Source: an uncultured delta proteobacterium (GTDB lineage Bacteria > Myxococcota > Myxococcia > Myxococcales > UBA5297). Taken from it: a stretch of 64,000 nt of DNA. Positions 28,456 through 37,586 of the stretch are shown here, in pieces (position 1 is the first letter of the stretch; every line of letters starts with the position of its first letter). The position numbers and the translations under genes are program-made. The DNA lies in contig CAVYWD010000001.1 in assembly GCA_963772225.1 (NCBI GenBank), forward strand, positions 1,314,706 to 1,378,705, written 5' to 3'. Under the pieces are notes generated by a model that saw nothing but the letters and a program-made list of their open reading frames with translations, searched no databases and had not been told where the DNA came from.

Positions 28456-29154
28456 TCAGGCGAGGTCGAACACGAGCACCTCGGCGTCCTCGCCCGCGCT
28501 CAACTCGAAGCTCGTCTCGAAGCTGAGGGCCGCGCCGTCTCCTTCGCCCAATGGCGCGCCGTTGAGGGTAACGGCGCCGGCCGCCACCTGAACCCAGGCG
28601 TGCCGCCGCGGCCCCAGAGCGCCCGCGACAGACTTGCCTTGCGAGAAACGAGTCGCGAAGAGCGCCGCGTCCTGGTGCCACGAGAGCGACCCGCCCCGCC
28701 CGTCGCGCGAGGCGATGAGCCGCAGGCCGTCGCGCAGGTCGCCCTGCTCGAAGCGCCTCTGCTCGTAGCCGGGGGTGAGCCCCTTCTTCTCCGGGAGCAT
28801 CCAGATCTGAAGGAAATGCACCGGCTCGCTCTTCGAGGGGTTCCACTCGCTGTGAAAGACGCCGGTGCCGGCGCTCATCCGCTGTACGTCGCCGGGCTTT
28901 AGGGTCGAGCCGTTCCCCAGGCTGTCCTTGTGCTCGAGGGCTCCCGACAAGACGTACGAGACGATCTCCATATCCCGGCGCGGGTGCGTGCCGAAGCCCG
29001 AGCTCGGCCGAACGCGGTCGTCGTTGACGACGCGCAGGGCCCGAAAGCCCATGCACGAGGGGTCGTAGAACTGGTCGAAGGAGAACGTGTGCCGGCTGTC
29101 GAGCCAGTCCGTCATCGAGCGTCCTCTGTCATCCGCGCGGCGAACCGTGATCAT
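28456..29154 (-). CDS. Pirin-family protein (quercetin 2,3-dioxygenase-like cupin).
   Basis: HPHRGFETVTY-like block (GFGTHPRRDMEIVSYVLSG) and two cupin domains. AGGAGAAGGA ribosome-binding site. Confidence 0.85.
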   Translation of the reverse strand: MITVRRADDRGRSMTDWLDSRHTFSFDQFYDPSCMGFRALRVVNDDRVRPSSGFGTHPRRDMEIVSYVLSGALEHKDSLGNGSTLKPGDVQRMSAGTGVFHSEWNPSKSEPVHFLQIWMLPEKKGLTPGYEQRRFEQGDLRDGLRLIASRDGRGGSLSWHQDAALFATRFSQGKSVAGALGPRRHAWVQVAAGAVTLNGAPLGEGDGAALSFETSFELSAGEDAEVLVFDLA

Positions 29155-29376
29155 GGCGTCCTTCTCCTGGCAGACAATTGTGCACAGGTCATGCCCGGCG
29201 CTCCTACCGCCAGATTTCAGCCGGTTGACCAAGAGCGGCGCGCGCCGTTCCTCTCATCATGATATTCCACCTCTCATTATGAGAATTGGCTCCACACCGG
29301 CGGGCGCCGAGGCGATGGTGTCTTGAAGCAGCCGCCGCGGCGCCGCGCCTCCGGACCGAGCCGCGCCAGGTCCGAT

Positions 29377-29562
29377 GGCGGGCCAGCCGCCGTCGCAGGG
29401 CAAGATGACGCCGTTGAAATTGGAGGCTTCCTCCGAGGCGAGGAATGTGATGCCGGCCGCCAGCTCCTCGGGCATCGCCACGATCGGGATGATTTGCATG
29501 GACTTGCCCAGGCGCTCCGGCATGAGCTTCGAGCCCTCTTCGGCCAATCGAAGCGCGCTCGC
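29377..29562 (-). pseudogene. C-terminal fragment (~60 aa) of a short-chain dehydrogenase/reductase; the N-terminal 190+ aa are missing.
   Basis: ...MQIIPIVAMPEELAAGITFLASEEASNFNGVILPCDGGW is an SDR C-terminal signature, with no upstream Rossmann/TGxxxGxG part. Confidence 0.35.
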
Positions 29563-29974
29563 GCCCGATGCCGGCGCCGGCGGCGACGGGGGCCATGTCA
29601 GCAAAGCGCTTTGCATTTGGCATGTTGCTCTCCTTTTCTTCGCACTTCGACCGTTGGAAGCCACCCCGGCCATCCAACTCCTCGAATATAGCGAGGAGCA
29701 GGGCGCCGAGTTCGTCCAATCCGCTCGAGTGAAGCCCGGCGTCTTGATTTCTTCGAAGGAAGTGTTTAGTCTGCGCCGCGAATTGAACGAGGCGGTGCAC
29801 CCGATGAAGCTCGCGCAAACATTCCAGGGACAGCTCGAAGCGGCCATGAATGCCCGTGCGGCAGCACCCTATCTGCGCCCCGTCTTCGGTCGCCTCCTGG
29901 CACAGCAAGGGAGGTCGAACCCACTCTTCGATTCAGGCCCGCCCGACCCCTGACAGATCTCTTCTTTACGTAGA

Positions 29975-30008
29975 AGGATCCCAGGGCCGGGCGAGCGAAG
30001 AGCTCCCC
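29975..30008 (+). terminator. Intrinsic terminator: 8-bp GC stem GGGCCGGG/CCCGGCCC, then TTTT, about 20 nt after the stop of an atypical-codon plus-strand ORF ending at 29953.
   Basis: Hairpin plus T-tract read from the sequence. Confidence 0.5.
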
Positions 30009-30194
30009 GGCCCTTTTCGTGGGGAAGGCCCCCGCGCCGCCGAAGGCGACCGGAAAAGCTTCAGCAGTTACAGCGTCGCAGAGCAACGACGAAGCCGATT
30101 CAGCCCTGGCTTGAAGCCTGGAGGCTGAAGAAGCGCTCCTTTCTCGTCGAAGGCGCAGGAGGTGGCAGCCTTCAGACAGCGGTTTTCACCGAAT

Positions 30195-30275
30195 GGGGAT
30201 GTTGACCGTAAGGGACGGATGCGGGCTGTAAACCCGCCGCCATGCGCCAACCCGGTTCGAGTCCGGGCATCCCCG
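30195..30275 (+). tRNA. tRNA-Tyr(GUA)-like with a long variable arm.
   Basis: Manual fold: acceptor GGGGATG/CATCCCC (7 bp), anticodon stem GCGGG/CCCGC with loop CTGTAAA, variable arm CGCCATGCGCCAA, T-arm CCCGG-TTCGAGT-CCGGG; compare E. coli tRNA-Tyr. Confidence 0.55.
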
Positions 30276-30524
30276 AGCATGAAGTGGCAGCTCCGAAGGA
30301 TGGTCGTGGCGGGTCGGTCGAGTCAGCGTCGAATGGGCGAGCAGCAGCCCGAGTAGATCCAGCGGTCGGTCTTTGACATTTCGATAGCAGTGGCGACGAC
30401 ACTTCTTCATCGCAAGAGGAGAGGTGCGTCCAGACGGGCCTTTTGTTTCCTGTTTCGTGGTGGAATCGCGGATGATTCATCCGCGATCCAGGGTTCGATT
30501 CCCTGGGGGCTCGGTCATTTTCAT

Positions 30525-30595
30525 GCGGGTACAGCTCGAGGGTCGAGCGCAGGCCTTCCAAGCCTTGAGACGAGGGTTCGATTCCTCTACCCGCT
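30525..30595 (+). tRNA. tRNA-Gly(UCC)-like element, probably a pseudo-tRNA (imperfect T-stem and anticodon stem).
   Basis: Acceptor GCGGGTA/TACCCGC perfect; D-arm GCTC-GAGGGTC-GAGC; anticodon loop CTTCCAA; the T-loop TTCGATT has a mismatched stem. Confidence 0.35.
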
Positions 30596-30611
30596 TTCCG
30601 GGTTTCATCCT

Positions 30612-30682
30612 TGGGGACTCGTCTAACGGCAGGATGGCTGGCTCTGAACCAGCTCGTCGGGGTTCGAATCCCTGGTCCCCAG
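30612..30682 (+). tRNA. tRNA-Gln(CUG).
   Basis: Acceptor TGGGGAC/GTCCCCA, anticodon stem GCTGG/CCAGC with loop CTCTGAA, T-arm CGGGG-TTCGAAT-CCCTG, discriminator G. The overall layout parallels E. coli tRNA-Gln. Confidence 0.6.
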
Positions 30683-30718
30683 CACGCGCCTGAGCGTTCG
30701 CGCTCACAGGCGCAAACG

Positions 30719-30791
30719 GCCTTGGTGGTCTATTGGCGTGGACGGCGGCCTTTCAAGCCGCTTGGCGAGGATTCGATTCCCTTCCATGGCA
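30719..30791 (+). tRNA. tRNA-Glu(UUC)-like element with single mismatches in the acceptor and T stems.
   Basis: D-arm GTCT-ATTGGCGT-GGAC; anticodon stem GCGGC/GCCGC with loop CTTTCAA; acceptor GCCTTGG/CCATGGC (6/7). Confidence 0.4.
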
Positions 30792-30816
30792 ACGATGGCC
30801 ATCCATTGCATCTTCC

Positions 30817-30886
30817 GCTTCACGCGCTGGACGCGCGCGCGGGCCTCCTAAGCCCGCGGCGCCGGGTTCGACTCCCGGGCGAAGCA
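30817..30886 (+). tRNA. tRNA-Arg(CCU)-like element with a shortened, GC-rich D-region; probably a pseudo-tRNA.
   Basis: Anticodon stem CGGGC/GCCCG with loop CTCCTAA, perfect T-arm CCGGG-TTCGACT-CCCGG, acceptor 6/7. Confidence 0.35.
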
Positions 30887-31048
30887 TGCCGAAAAGCTTG
30901 GTGCTTGCCGAGTGGCGCTCGGCGCTGTTCCGCGGCGCCCGTGTGAACGGGCTTTGGCCGCGGGCCATCGCGCTCGCGCGTTCTGCGTTTCTTAGGCGAG
31001 CACCCGGACGGACCGCCGAACGGTCCACCCAAAGGAGCCTTTGGCTCC

Positions 31049-31123
31049 ACTGACCTAGCTCAGACTGGTAGAGCACGAGATGCGTCAATCTCGAAGTCTC
31101 GGGTTCGAATCCCGAGGTCAATC
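31049..31123 (+). tRNA. tRNA-like element with canonical D- and T-arms but an aberrant anticodon arm (8-nt loop TGCGTCAA on a 5-bp stem, or 6-nt loop on a 6-bp stem); identity undetermined.
   Basis: D-arm TAGCTCAGACTGGTAGAGCA, T-arm TCGGG-TTCGAAT-CCCGA, acceptor 6/7. Confidence 0.4.
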
Positions 31124-31442
31124 GCGGCGCTCCCGCCAAAGAGCCGTCGCTCGAAGCACCAAGCTGCCCTCGGAAAGGGCGAGCGCCCGCGCGTTGCAGC
31201 GCTGCCGCCAGCGGCCGGAGTCGAACGCGAGCGGTTCCGTCGCGAGCGCCCGGTCGTCCGCGGCGGCCCACCGACGCGATACCGCTCGCCGGCCCTGGGC
31301 CGCAGGCTAAAGGTGCTCGGCGACCGCGGGCGGCGGGAGCGCTTCTTTATCTTTTACTCATTTCTCTTCCGGCGCAGCGCTCGGAGGAGACCGGGCGTCC
31401 CCTTGGTCGTCCGACCATCAACGACCGCGAAAGGAGTTCGTT

Positions 31443-32558
31443 ATGAAGCTCGATATTGCATCGCACGAACGCGTGTTCCTGGTCCGGGACGGGCGCGCGG
31501 TTCGCTACCTCGCCCCGGGGCGCCACCGGTTCTATGCCCTGCTCGACCGACTCGAGGCCCAGCGCATCGACACCCGCGAGCTCCTCGCCGACCTCGACGG
31601 CGACCGGGTCGCGCTCGTCCCCTCGGACGAGCTGATGCTCGTCGAGGTCGCCGCCCACCAGCGGGCCGTGGTCTATCGCAAGAGTCGACCGGTGAAGTGG
31701 CTCGGCCCGGGCCAGCATCAGGTCTGGACGGTCGAGCGGGTCTTCAAGGACGCCGCGCGGTCGGTCTCTGCACCGGCCGTCAGGGTCGAGGTCCTCGACA
31801 CCGACGCCGTTCGAGTGTCGCCGCTCCGAGACGAGCTGCGCGCGCTGGCCCCGGCCAGCGACTACGTCGAGGCGACGGCGCCCGAGGGTTCGGTCGTCCT
31901 CCGCTACGTCGACGGCGTTCTGGATGAGGTCCTTCCCGCGGGCCGCCACGCGGCCTGGACGACCGTCCACAAGGTCCAGCTCGCGGTCATCGACCTGCGA
32001 GAGCGGGTGCTCCCGGTGACCGGCCAGGAGGTCATGTCCAAGGACCGCGTGTCGCTGCGGCTCAATTTGTCGGCGGCGTTTTGCGTGAAGGACGCCCGCC
32101 GGCTGGCGACCGTGGCCCGCGCGCCGGACGACATGCTCTACCTGGCGATGCAGCTCGCCGCCCGCGAGGCGGTCAGCGCGCGGACGCTCGACGAGCTGCT
32201 CCAGGACCGCGACGACGTGGCCTCCGAGATGCACCGGGCGGTCGCGTCGCGGGCGGAGGTCGTGGGGCTCGAGCTCATCCGCTTTGGCGTGAAGGACATC
32301 GTGCTGCCGGGCGAGATGAAGGCGCTGCTCAATCGGGTCATCGAGGCGCAAAAGGAGGCCGAGGCGAACGTCATCCTCCGCCGTGAGGAGACGGCCGCCA
32401 CCCGCTCGCTCGCGCAGACCGCGAAGGTCCTGGGCGAGAACCCGCTGCTCGTCCGCCTCAAGGAGCTCGAGGCGTACAAGGAGCTCGCCGCGAAGGTGGG
32501 CCAGGTCCACGTCGTCCTCGGCGAGGGCGGCCTGTCCAAGCTCGAGCTCAAGATGTGA
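31443..32558 (+). CDS. SPFH/band-7 (stomatin/flotillin-like) domain protein.
   Basis: 371 aa with the band-7 core (VSKDRVSLRLNLSAAFCV...) and a C-terminal coiled-coil (EAQKEAEANVILRREETAATRS); GAAAGGAG ribosome-binding site. Confidence 0.7.
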   Translation: MKLDIASHERVFLVRDGRAVRYLAPGRHRFYALLDRLEAQRIDTRELLADLDGDRVALVPSDELMLVEVAAHQRAVVYRKSRPVKWLGPGQHQVWTVERVFKDAARSVSAPAVRVEVLDTDAVRVSPLRDELRALAPASDYVEATAPEGSVVLRYVDGVLDEVLPAGRHAAWTTVHKVQLAVIDLRERVLPVTGQEVMSKDRVSLRLNLSAAFCVKDARRLATVARAPDDMLYLAMQLAAREAVSARTLDELLQDRDDVASEMHRAVASRAEVVGLELIRFGVKDIVLPGEMKALLNRVIEAQKEAEANVILRREETAATRSLAQTAKVLGENPLLVRLKELEAYKELAAKVGQVHVVLGEGGLSKLELKM

Positions 32559-32608
32559 AAAGGGCCCGCGGAGCCGCCGTGCTCCGCGGGCCGTCATCGT
32601 CGCTTCGG

Positions 32609-33475
32609 CTAGACCGCGCGGGCAATCGTCAGGCGAAACACCGGCGGGATCGCCCCGGCGATGGATCCGTCCGAAAGGCGCAGGTATCGCTGCTCCATGG
32701 CGGCGGTATCGAGCTCTTCTTCCAAGGCGAAGCCGCGCGCCTTCAGAAACGGCTCCATCTCCCCCGGCTTCGTGCGAAACCGGATCGGCTCGCCAGGGTG
32801 GTTCGCCCTCATCGACGCGCGCAGGCCCTGGGCGGCAGCCGCCCCGCCCGCCCCCATCACGTGGTCGAAGGCCACCGCGCTTCCGGGAGCGGAGCATCGG
32901 CGAATCGCGCGCAGCGTCGCGTCGACCGCGGCTTCGTCGAGGTAGTAGATGACGCCCTCCCAGACGAAGAGCGTCCGCTCGCCTGCGACAAAACCCGCGC
33001 GCGAGAGCACTTCCGCCAAAGGCTGCTTCGCCAAGTCGGCCGGCACGTACGTGAGCGATGGCGGCGGCTCTATCGCCTCGCGCTTCAAGATCGCCACCTT
33101 GCGCGCCTGCGTCGGCGCGGCGTCGACCTCGAAGAGCCTGGTCGCGCGGACCCGCTCGCGAAACCGGTACGGCCGGCTGTCGTACCCGGCGCCCAGAAAG
33201 ACGAGCTGAGGAGTCGCCTCGTCCAGGGCAGCTCCAACCACCTGGTCGAAGAACGCCGTCCGCGCCACGAGGTACGGGTAGGTCCCTCCCGCAACCGACT
33301 CGATGATCCAGCGCCATTTCGCCTCGTCTCCGAGCGCTGCTTTTCTGTGATCGGCCAGGAACAGGCGGGCCATCGTGTCCGCGCCTCGCACTTCTAGGCG
33401 CGCGTCCTGAACGGCCAGCGCGCGCATGAAGGCGACCGATTCCGCCGTCCCAGAGGGAACCTGCTGAACTCCCAT
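32609..33475 (-). CDS. Class I SAM-dependent methyltransferase (LCM/TcmP-like O-methyltransferase family).
   Basis: SAM-binding block LVFLGAGYDSRPYR and the acidic FVWEGVIYYLDEAAV motif; GAGGAG ribosome-binding site. The long ORF-track extension to 34597 was rejected. Confidence 0.7.
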   Translation of the reverse strand: MGVQQVPSGTAESVAFMRALAVQDARLEVRGADTMARLFLADHRKAALGDEAKWRWIIESVAGGTYPYLVARTAFFDQVVGAALDEATPQLVFLGAGYDSRPYRFRERVRATRLFEVDAAPTQARKVAILKREAIEPPPSLTYVPADLAKQPLAEVLSRAGFVAGERTLFVWEGVIYYLDEAAVDATLRAIRRCSAPGSAVAFDHVMGAGGAAAAQGLRASMRANHPGEPIRFRTKPGEMEPFLKARGFALEEELDTAAMEQRYLRLSDGSIAGAIPPVFRLTIARAV

Positions 33476-33642
33476 CGGCGGCTCCTCGCCGGCACCTTGG
33501 CTGTCGGGGACTTCAGCGGCGGCGTGATCGAGATCCACCTGTCGGCGGCCTCGAGATCCACCCGGTCGTTGAGGCGAGGGAGTCGGAGTAGCTCTCAGGG
33601 CGAGAAGTATCCGGAGGACCCCTTCGGCGTGACGGTCGAGGG

Positions 33643-34035
33643 ATGCGACCCCGGAAGAAGGTCCGCAGTCGGCGGTGTAGCGAGTGCAGGAGTTGGTACT
33701 CCCCCGATCCTCGCGCGGCGGAGACGCAGCATGCATGCAGCGAAGCCTGTCGCCAGGCGAGACGCAAGCGACAGGCGCGCGAACGTCGAGCGAAGGCGCC
33801 TGAGGAGTTCCGGAAGGCGGAGCAGGCGCGACAAGCCCGATGCCGGGCCCAGAAGAGAGCCCTGCGATCGGGCGCGGGGCCGCCGGAGGCGGGCGACCAG
33901 GGGGGCTCGTTCGGCGCGCGACTCGAGGACGTGCTCGAGCTGGCGCTGGCGACTCCGCGGCCTTCTCGCGCTGCCCTGACCGAGGCGCTGCGTGAGCTGT
34001 GCTCGTGCGCACCAGGCGCGGGAGCAGGCCCGTGA
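33643..34035 (+). CDS. Hypothetical small basic protein with a zinc-ribbon-like C-x2-C...C-x3-C motif, directly abutting the left end of the IS element.
   Basis: RRCSECRSWYSPDPRAAETQHACSEACRQARRKRQ; more A/T-ending codons than host genes. Confidence 0.3.
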   Translation: MRPRKKVRSRRCSECRSWYSPDPRAAETQHACSEACRQARRKRQARERRAKAPEEFRKAEQARQARCRAQKRALRSGAGPPEAGDQGGSFGARLEDVLELALATPRPSRAALTEALRELCSCAPGAGAGP

Positions 34036-34043
34036 CCTGTGGA

Positions 34044-34280
34044 GCGATGTCACGCGCCGGCTTCGGCGGCCAAGTTGGCGCGGCAGCAGGGGAAACCTCG
34101 GGGTTTTGCGCAGAGCGGAGCAGTGTCACGCGCATGCTTCGGCGTTCGGCGGCGCCGGCGAGTCGCCGTTTTCCCTCTGAGGAGCCGTCAGGCAGCGGGT
34201 GACCGCAGGTACGTGTCACGCGCCGGCTTCGAGCTCTCTCAGAGGGAAAAACGGCCCCTGTCACGCGCCGGGATGGCCAA
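34044..34280 (+). repeat. Multiple terminal repeats of the IS21-family left end: four copies of TGTCACGCGCC at about 34048, 34122, 34215 and 34261.
   Basis: Read directly from the sequence. Confidence 0.7.
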
Positions 34281-34301
34281 GGATCTCGGTGAGGGCGCAC
34301 G

Positions 34302-35216
34302 GTGGCGCGCATGACGGGCGTGTCGACCGCGAGCACCGAGATGGCGCCGAGCGAGCTGGGCGATTCGCTCTTGGCGGTGCGACTGTGCGCGGGCGAGGCC
34401 ACGCAGCAGATGCAGCTGTCGCTCTCGAAGCTCGGGCAGCTGACGCCGGTGCAGGCCTTTCGAATGGGCGAGAAGCTGGAGGTCTTCGATGGACTCAAGC
34501 GGTTGAGCGCCTCGCGCGAGCTTGGGTGGTCGAAGCTGCGCGTCGAGGTCCACGGCGTCGACTCTGCAGGGGCGAAGGTGCGGCTGTTGCGCTGCAACGC
34601 CGGGGCGGGTCTGTGCGAGCTCGAGGAGGGCTGGCTGGTGCGCTCCCTCTATCGCGACGACCACGTGAGCCAGCCGCAGATCGCGATTCTGCTCGGGCGG
34701 GACAAGAGCTGGGTGTGTCGGCGTCTGGCTTTGGCAGAGGACCTGTCGGACGAGCTGACGGCGAATGTGCGGCTGGGGCTGTTGTCGGCCACCGCGGTGC
34801 GAGAGCTTTCGCGGTTGCCGCGCGGCAACCAGGACGCTGTGGGCCTGGTGGTAGCCCGACGAGGGCTGACCACGCGGCAGACCGCGCGCCTGGTCGATTC
34901 GCTGCTCGCGGCCCAGGAAGCGGAGTGGCCGGCGCTGCTGGAGCGAGCCAGCGCACCCATGGCCGCCGAGTCCCCCAAGGGCAGTGCACCGCGGCGCACG
35001 CCCGGCGAGCAGATGGTCGCGGACGCCTGGGCGATGAAGCGCCTCTCGACGCGCCTGCACGCGCGGCTCTTGGAGCGGTCGCTGGCCAGCTTGGGAGCGC
35101 CGGCGTGCGAGGTGGTCTCGCGCGAGCTCGTCGAGCTGCGCGGTGCGCTGGCCGCCCTGACCCGGACCCTCGACGCGCGCCTCGGGGCGCCAGGAGCCTC
35201 CGATGCTTCCGCTTGA
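34302..35216 (+). CDS. ParB/Srx-fold N-terminal domain protein with an HTH, translationally coupled (14-nt overlap) to istA; passenger or accessory gene of the IS.
   Basis: EVFDGLKRLSASRELGW resembles the ParB-box GxxRxxA region. GTG start with a GGTGAGGG ribosome-binding site. Confidence 0.6.
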   Translation: MARMTGVSTASTEMAPSELGDSLLAVRLCAGEATQQMQLSLSKLGQLTPVQAFRMGEKLEVFDGLKRLSASRELGWSKLRVEVHGVDSAGAKVRLLRCNAGAGLCELEEGWLVRSLYRDDHVSQPQIAILLGRDKSWVCRRLALAEDLSDELTANVRLGLLSATAVRELSRLPRGNQDAVGLVVARRGLTTRQTARLVDSLLAAQEAEWPALLERASAPMAAESPKGSAPRRTPGEQMVADAWAMKRLSTRLHARLLERSLASLGAPACEVVSRELVELRGALAALTRTLDARLGAPGASDASA

Positions 35217-36840
35217 CCCGCAGCTGGTCCACGACGTGGTGCAGCTCGACAAGGAGGGGATGACTTGGCGCGCGATCGCGCGGGCCCTGCACATCAGCCG
35301 AAACACCGTGCGGCGCATCGTCAAGAGCCACCAGGAGGCGCGCGAAACTGCGCACTCGGCGCTGCCACGGGTGCGCGGCTCGCGCCGCCGCGCCTCGAAG
35401 CTCGACCCCTTTCGCAGCCTGATCACCGAGCTGCTCGAGAAGTATCCGGACATCACCGCGCAGCGGGTCTTCGAGCATTTGCGCGACGAGCATGGCTACG
35501 CAGGCGGCGACACCATCGTGAAAGTCCTGGTGAGCAACCTGCGCCCGAAGTTGCCGCCCAAGCCGAGCCTCCAGACGCCGCCGCGGGTGCCGGGGGACAT
35601 GGGCGAGTGCGACTGGTCGCCCTACCCGGTGGAATTCGCCCATGCGCCGTCCATGACCCTGCAGGCCTTCGGATACGCACTGCGCTACTCGACCCGGAAG
35701 TACTTCGGCTTCTTCGAGAGCAACGGCCTGCACCCTTTGATGGACGGCCACCGCCACGCCTTCGCGCGCTTCCAGGGCGCCGCGCGCCGGTGCACCTACG
35801 ATAGCCAGAAGCCGGTGGTGCTGCGCTGGGAAGGCAACCAGCCGATCCTCAATCCCCGCTTCGTCGATTTCGCCACCTATTACGAATTCTCCGCCGTCGC
35901 CGTGCGCCATGCCCCCAACCGCAAGCCCCGGGTCGAGCGGAGCTTCTGGGAGCTCTCCCTCAGCTTCTTCCGGGGCCGCTCATTCCGCGACCTGGCCGAC
36001 CTCGAGGCCCAGCTCTCCCGGTGGATGGACACCATCGCCGACCTGCGCCCCATCAAGCGGATGAAGCGGCGCACGCGGATGGAGCTCTTCGCCGAAGAGC
36101 AGTCGCTGCTGCGGCCGCTGCCGCGCCACCCCTACGACACCGCGCGGGTGCTCTACAAGCTCTGCAACCTCGAGGGCTTCATGACCTGGGAGACCAATGA
36201 ATATTCCCTGCCCTATGAATACGTCACCGAGATTCTCCCGGTGCGCATCACCGAGAATGAGCTCTTCGTCTACAAAGCGGACCTGACCTGCCTGGCACGG
36301 CACGAGCTCAGGCCTCGCGGCGCGCAGCAGCAGTCAATCCTGCCGGGGCATCGGCCCCCGCGCGCCGAGGGCGGGCCCGACCTCGAGCACCTGCGGCGCG
36401 CATTCCAGGATCTTGGGGGGCCCGGAGCGGAGTACCTGGCGGCGCTCGAGCGGCGCGACTCGCGGTCGGCCGGCTACCACGCGCGCAAGGTCCTTTCGCT
36501 GCGCGAGGGCTACGACACCGCCGAGCTCTGCAAGGCGCTCTCGCACGCGCTCTGCTTCGGCGCTCTCGAGCACGTCAGCATCGAGAAGATCCTCAACGCC
36601 CGCTCCGACCGCCGCCGGCTCGACGAGTACGTCGCCGCGGCCTCGGCCAAGAAGCTCAAGAGCGCCGTCGCCCAGAGCTGCACCGAGCCGCGCGACCTCG
36701 CCGAGTACGACGCGCTGCCGTGCCGCGGCACAGTCCCCGAGCCCCAAGGAGAAGCGACATGCGAGCCCCCACCTCCCTCAAAGGCCCCGCCGCCGAAGCC
36801 CGGGAGCGCATCGAGCGGCACCTCGACCGACTCGGTCTGA
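35203..36840 (+). CDS. istA: IS21-family transposase IstA.
   Basis: N-terminal HTH (MTWRAIARALHISRNTVRRIV), DDE-type catalytic core, and 545-aa length. Confidence 0.85.
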   Translation: MLPLDPQLVHDVVQLDKEGMTWRAIARALHISRNTVRRIVKSHQEARETAHSALPRVRGSRRRASKLDPFRSLITELLEKYPDITAQRVFEHLRDEHGYAGGDTIVKVLVSNLRPKLPPKPSLQTPPRVPGDMGECDWSPYPVEFAHAPSMTLQAFGYALRYSTRKYFGFFESNGLHPLMDGHRHAFARFQGAARRCTYDSQKPVVLRWEGNQPILNPRFVDFATYYEFSAVAVRHAPNRKPRVERSFWELSLSFFRGRSFRDLADLEAQLSRWMDTIADLRPIKRMKRRTRMELFAEEQSLLRPLPRHPYDTARVLYKLCNLEGFMTWETNEYSLPYEYVTEILPVRITENELFVYKADLTCLARHELRPRGAQQQSILPGHRPPRAEGGPDLEHLRRAFQDLGGPGAEYLAALERRDSRSAGYHARKVLSLREGYDTAELCKALSHALCFGALEHVSIEKILNARSDRRRLDEYVAAASAKKLKSAVAQSCTEPRDLAEYDALPCRGTVPEPQGEATCEPPPPSKAPPPKPGSASSGTSTDSV

Positions 36841-37586
36841 GGGGGCTTTCCATCGATGCCTATCTGGCCTGGGTCAAGGAGCACCAGCCCTCGGACCTGG
36901 AAGCCGCCGAGCAGCTGCTCGCTGCGGCGGCCGCCATCAAGCGCGAGCGCAGCATCGAGTGGCGCATCAAGGGCAGCGGCATGAAGGTCCGCAAGACCAT
37001 GGCGGCCTTCGACTGGGACTTCCAGCCCAAGCTCGATCGCCGCTTCGTCGAGGAGCTCTTCGCGCTCTCCTTCGTCCAGCGGCACGAGGACCTCTTGATC
37101 ACCGGTAAGAGCGGGACCGGCAAGAGCCACATCCTGCAGGCTCTCGCGGTCCAAGCCTGCGAGCAGGAGTGGATGGTGCGCTACGCCCGGTGCGTCGACC
37201 TGGTCGACCACCTCTACGCCGGCCTGGCCGACGGCTCCTACGAGCGGCGGATGAAGAGCTGGTGTCGGCCCACGCTCCTGGTGATCGACGACGTCGGACT
37301 GGGCCAGCTCAAGCGCCGCGACGACGAGCCGACCGCGGCCCACATGATCTTCACCCTCTTGGATCGCCGACACGGCAGCGCCAGCACGGCGATCACGTCG
37401 AACATCAGGCTCTCCTCATGGGGCAAGTACCTGGGCGACGCTACCCTGGCCGCGGCGGTCCTCGACCGCCTGGCGGCGACCTCCATCCGGATCGACATCG
37501 ACGGGCCGAGCTTCCGGCAGCACCAGGCGCACCAGCGGGCCAAGGAGCAGGGACACGAGCTCCCGGTGGAGGAACCCCATGATTGA
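36759..37586 (+). CDS. istB: IS21-family helper ATPase IstB.
   Basis: LITGKSGTGKSHILQALA Walker A, DDVG Walker B-like; AAGGAGAA ribosome-binding site. Confidence 0.85.
   Translation: MRAPTSLKGPAAEARERIERHLDRLGLRGLSIDAYLAWVKEHQPSDLEAAEQLLAAAAAIKRERSIEWRIKGSGMKVRKTMAAFDWDFQPKLDRRFVEELFALSFVQRHEDLLITGKSGTGKSHILQALAVQACEQEWMVRYARCVDLVDHLYAGLADGSYERRMKSWCRPTLLVIDDVGLGQLKRRDDEPTAAHMIFTLLDRRHGSASTAITSNIRLSSWGKYLGDATLAAAVLDRLAATSIRIDIDGPSFRQHQAHQRAKEQGHELPVEEPHD

Noticed and set aside
29155-29200. TGGCAG-N?-TTGTGCA sigma-54-like sequence upstream of the pirin gene
   Set aside because: GG–GC spacing is 11 not 10 nt, and it is on the wrong strand relative to the adjacent minus-strand genes.
30462-30513. 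Possible complete tRNA around the perfect T-arm CCAGGG-TTCGATT-CCCTGG
   Set aside because: No complementary 5' acceptor strand could be found within 90 nt upstream; kept only as an orphan 3' tRNA fragment within the array finding.
33476-34597. Upstream extension of the methyltransferase ORF to 662 aa
   Set aside because: The methyltransferase domain starts at M (33475) with a GAGGAG ribosome-binding site; the upstream translation is low-complexity and overlaps the IS terminal repeats.
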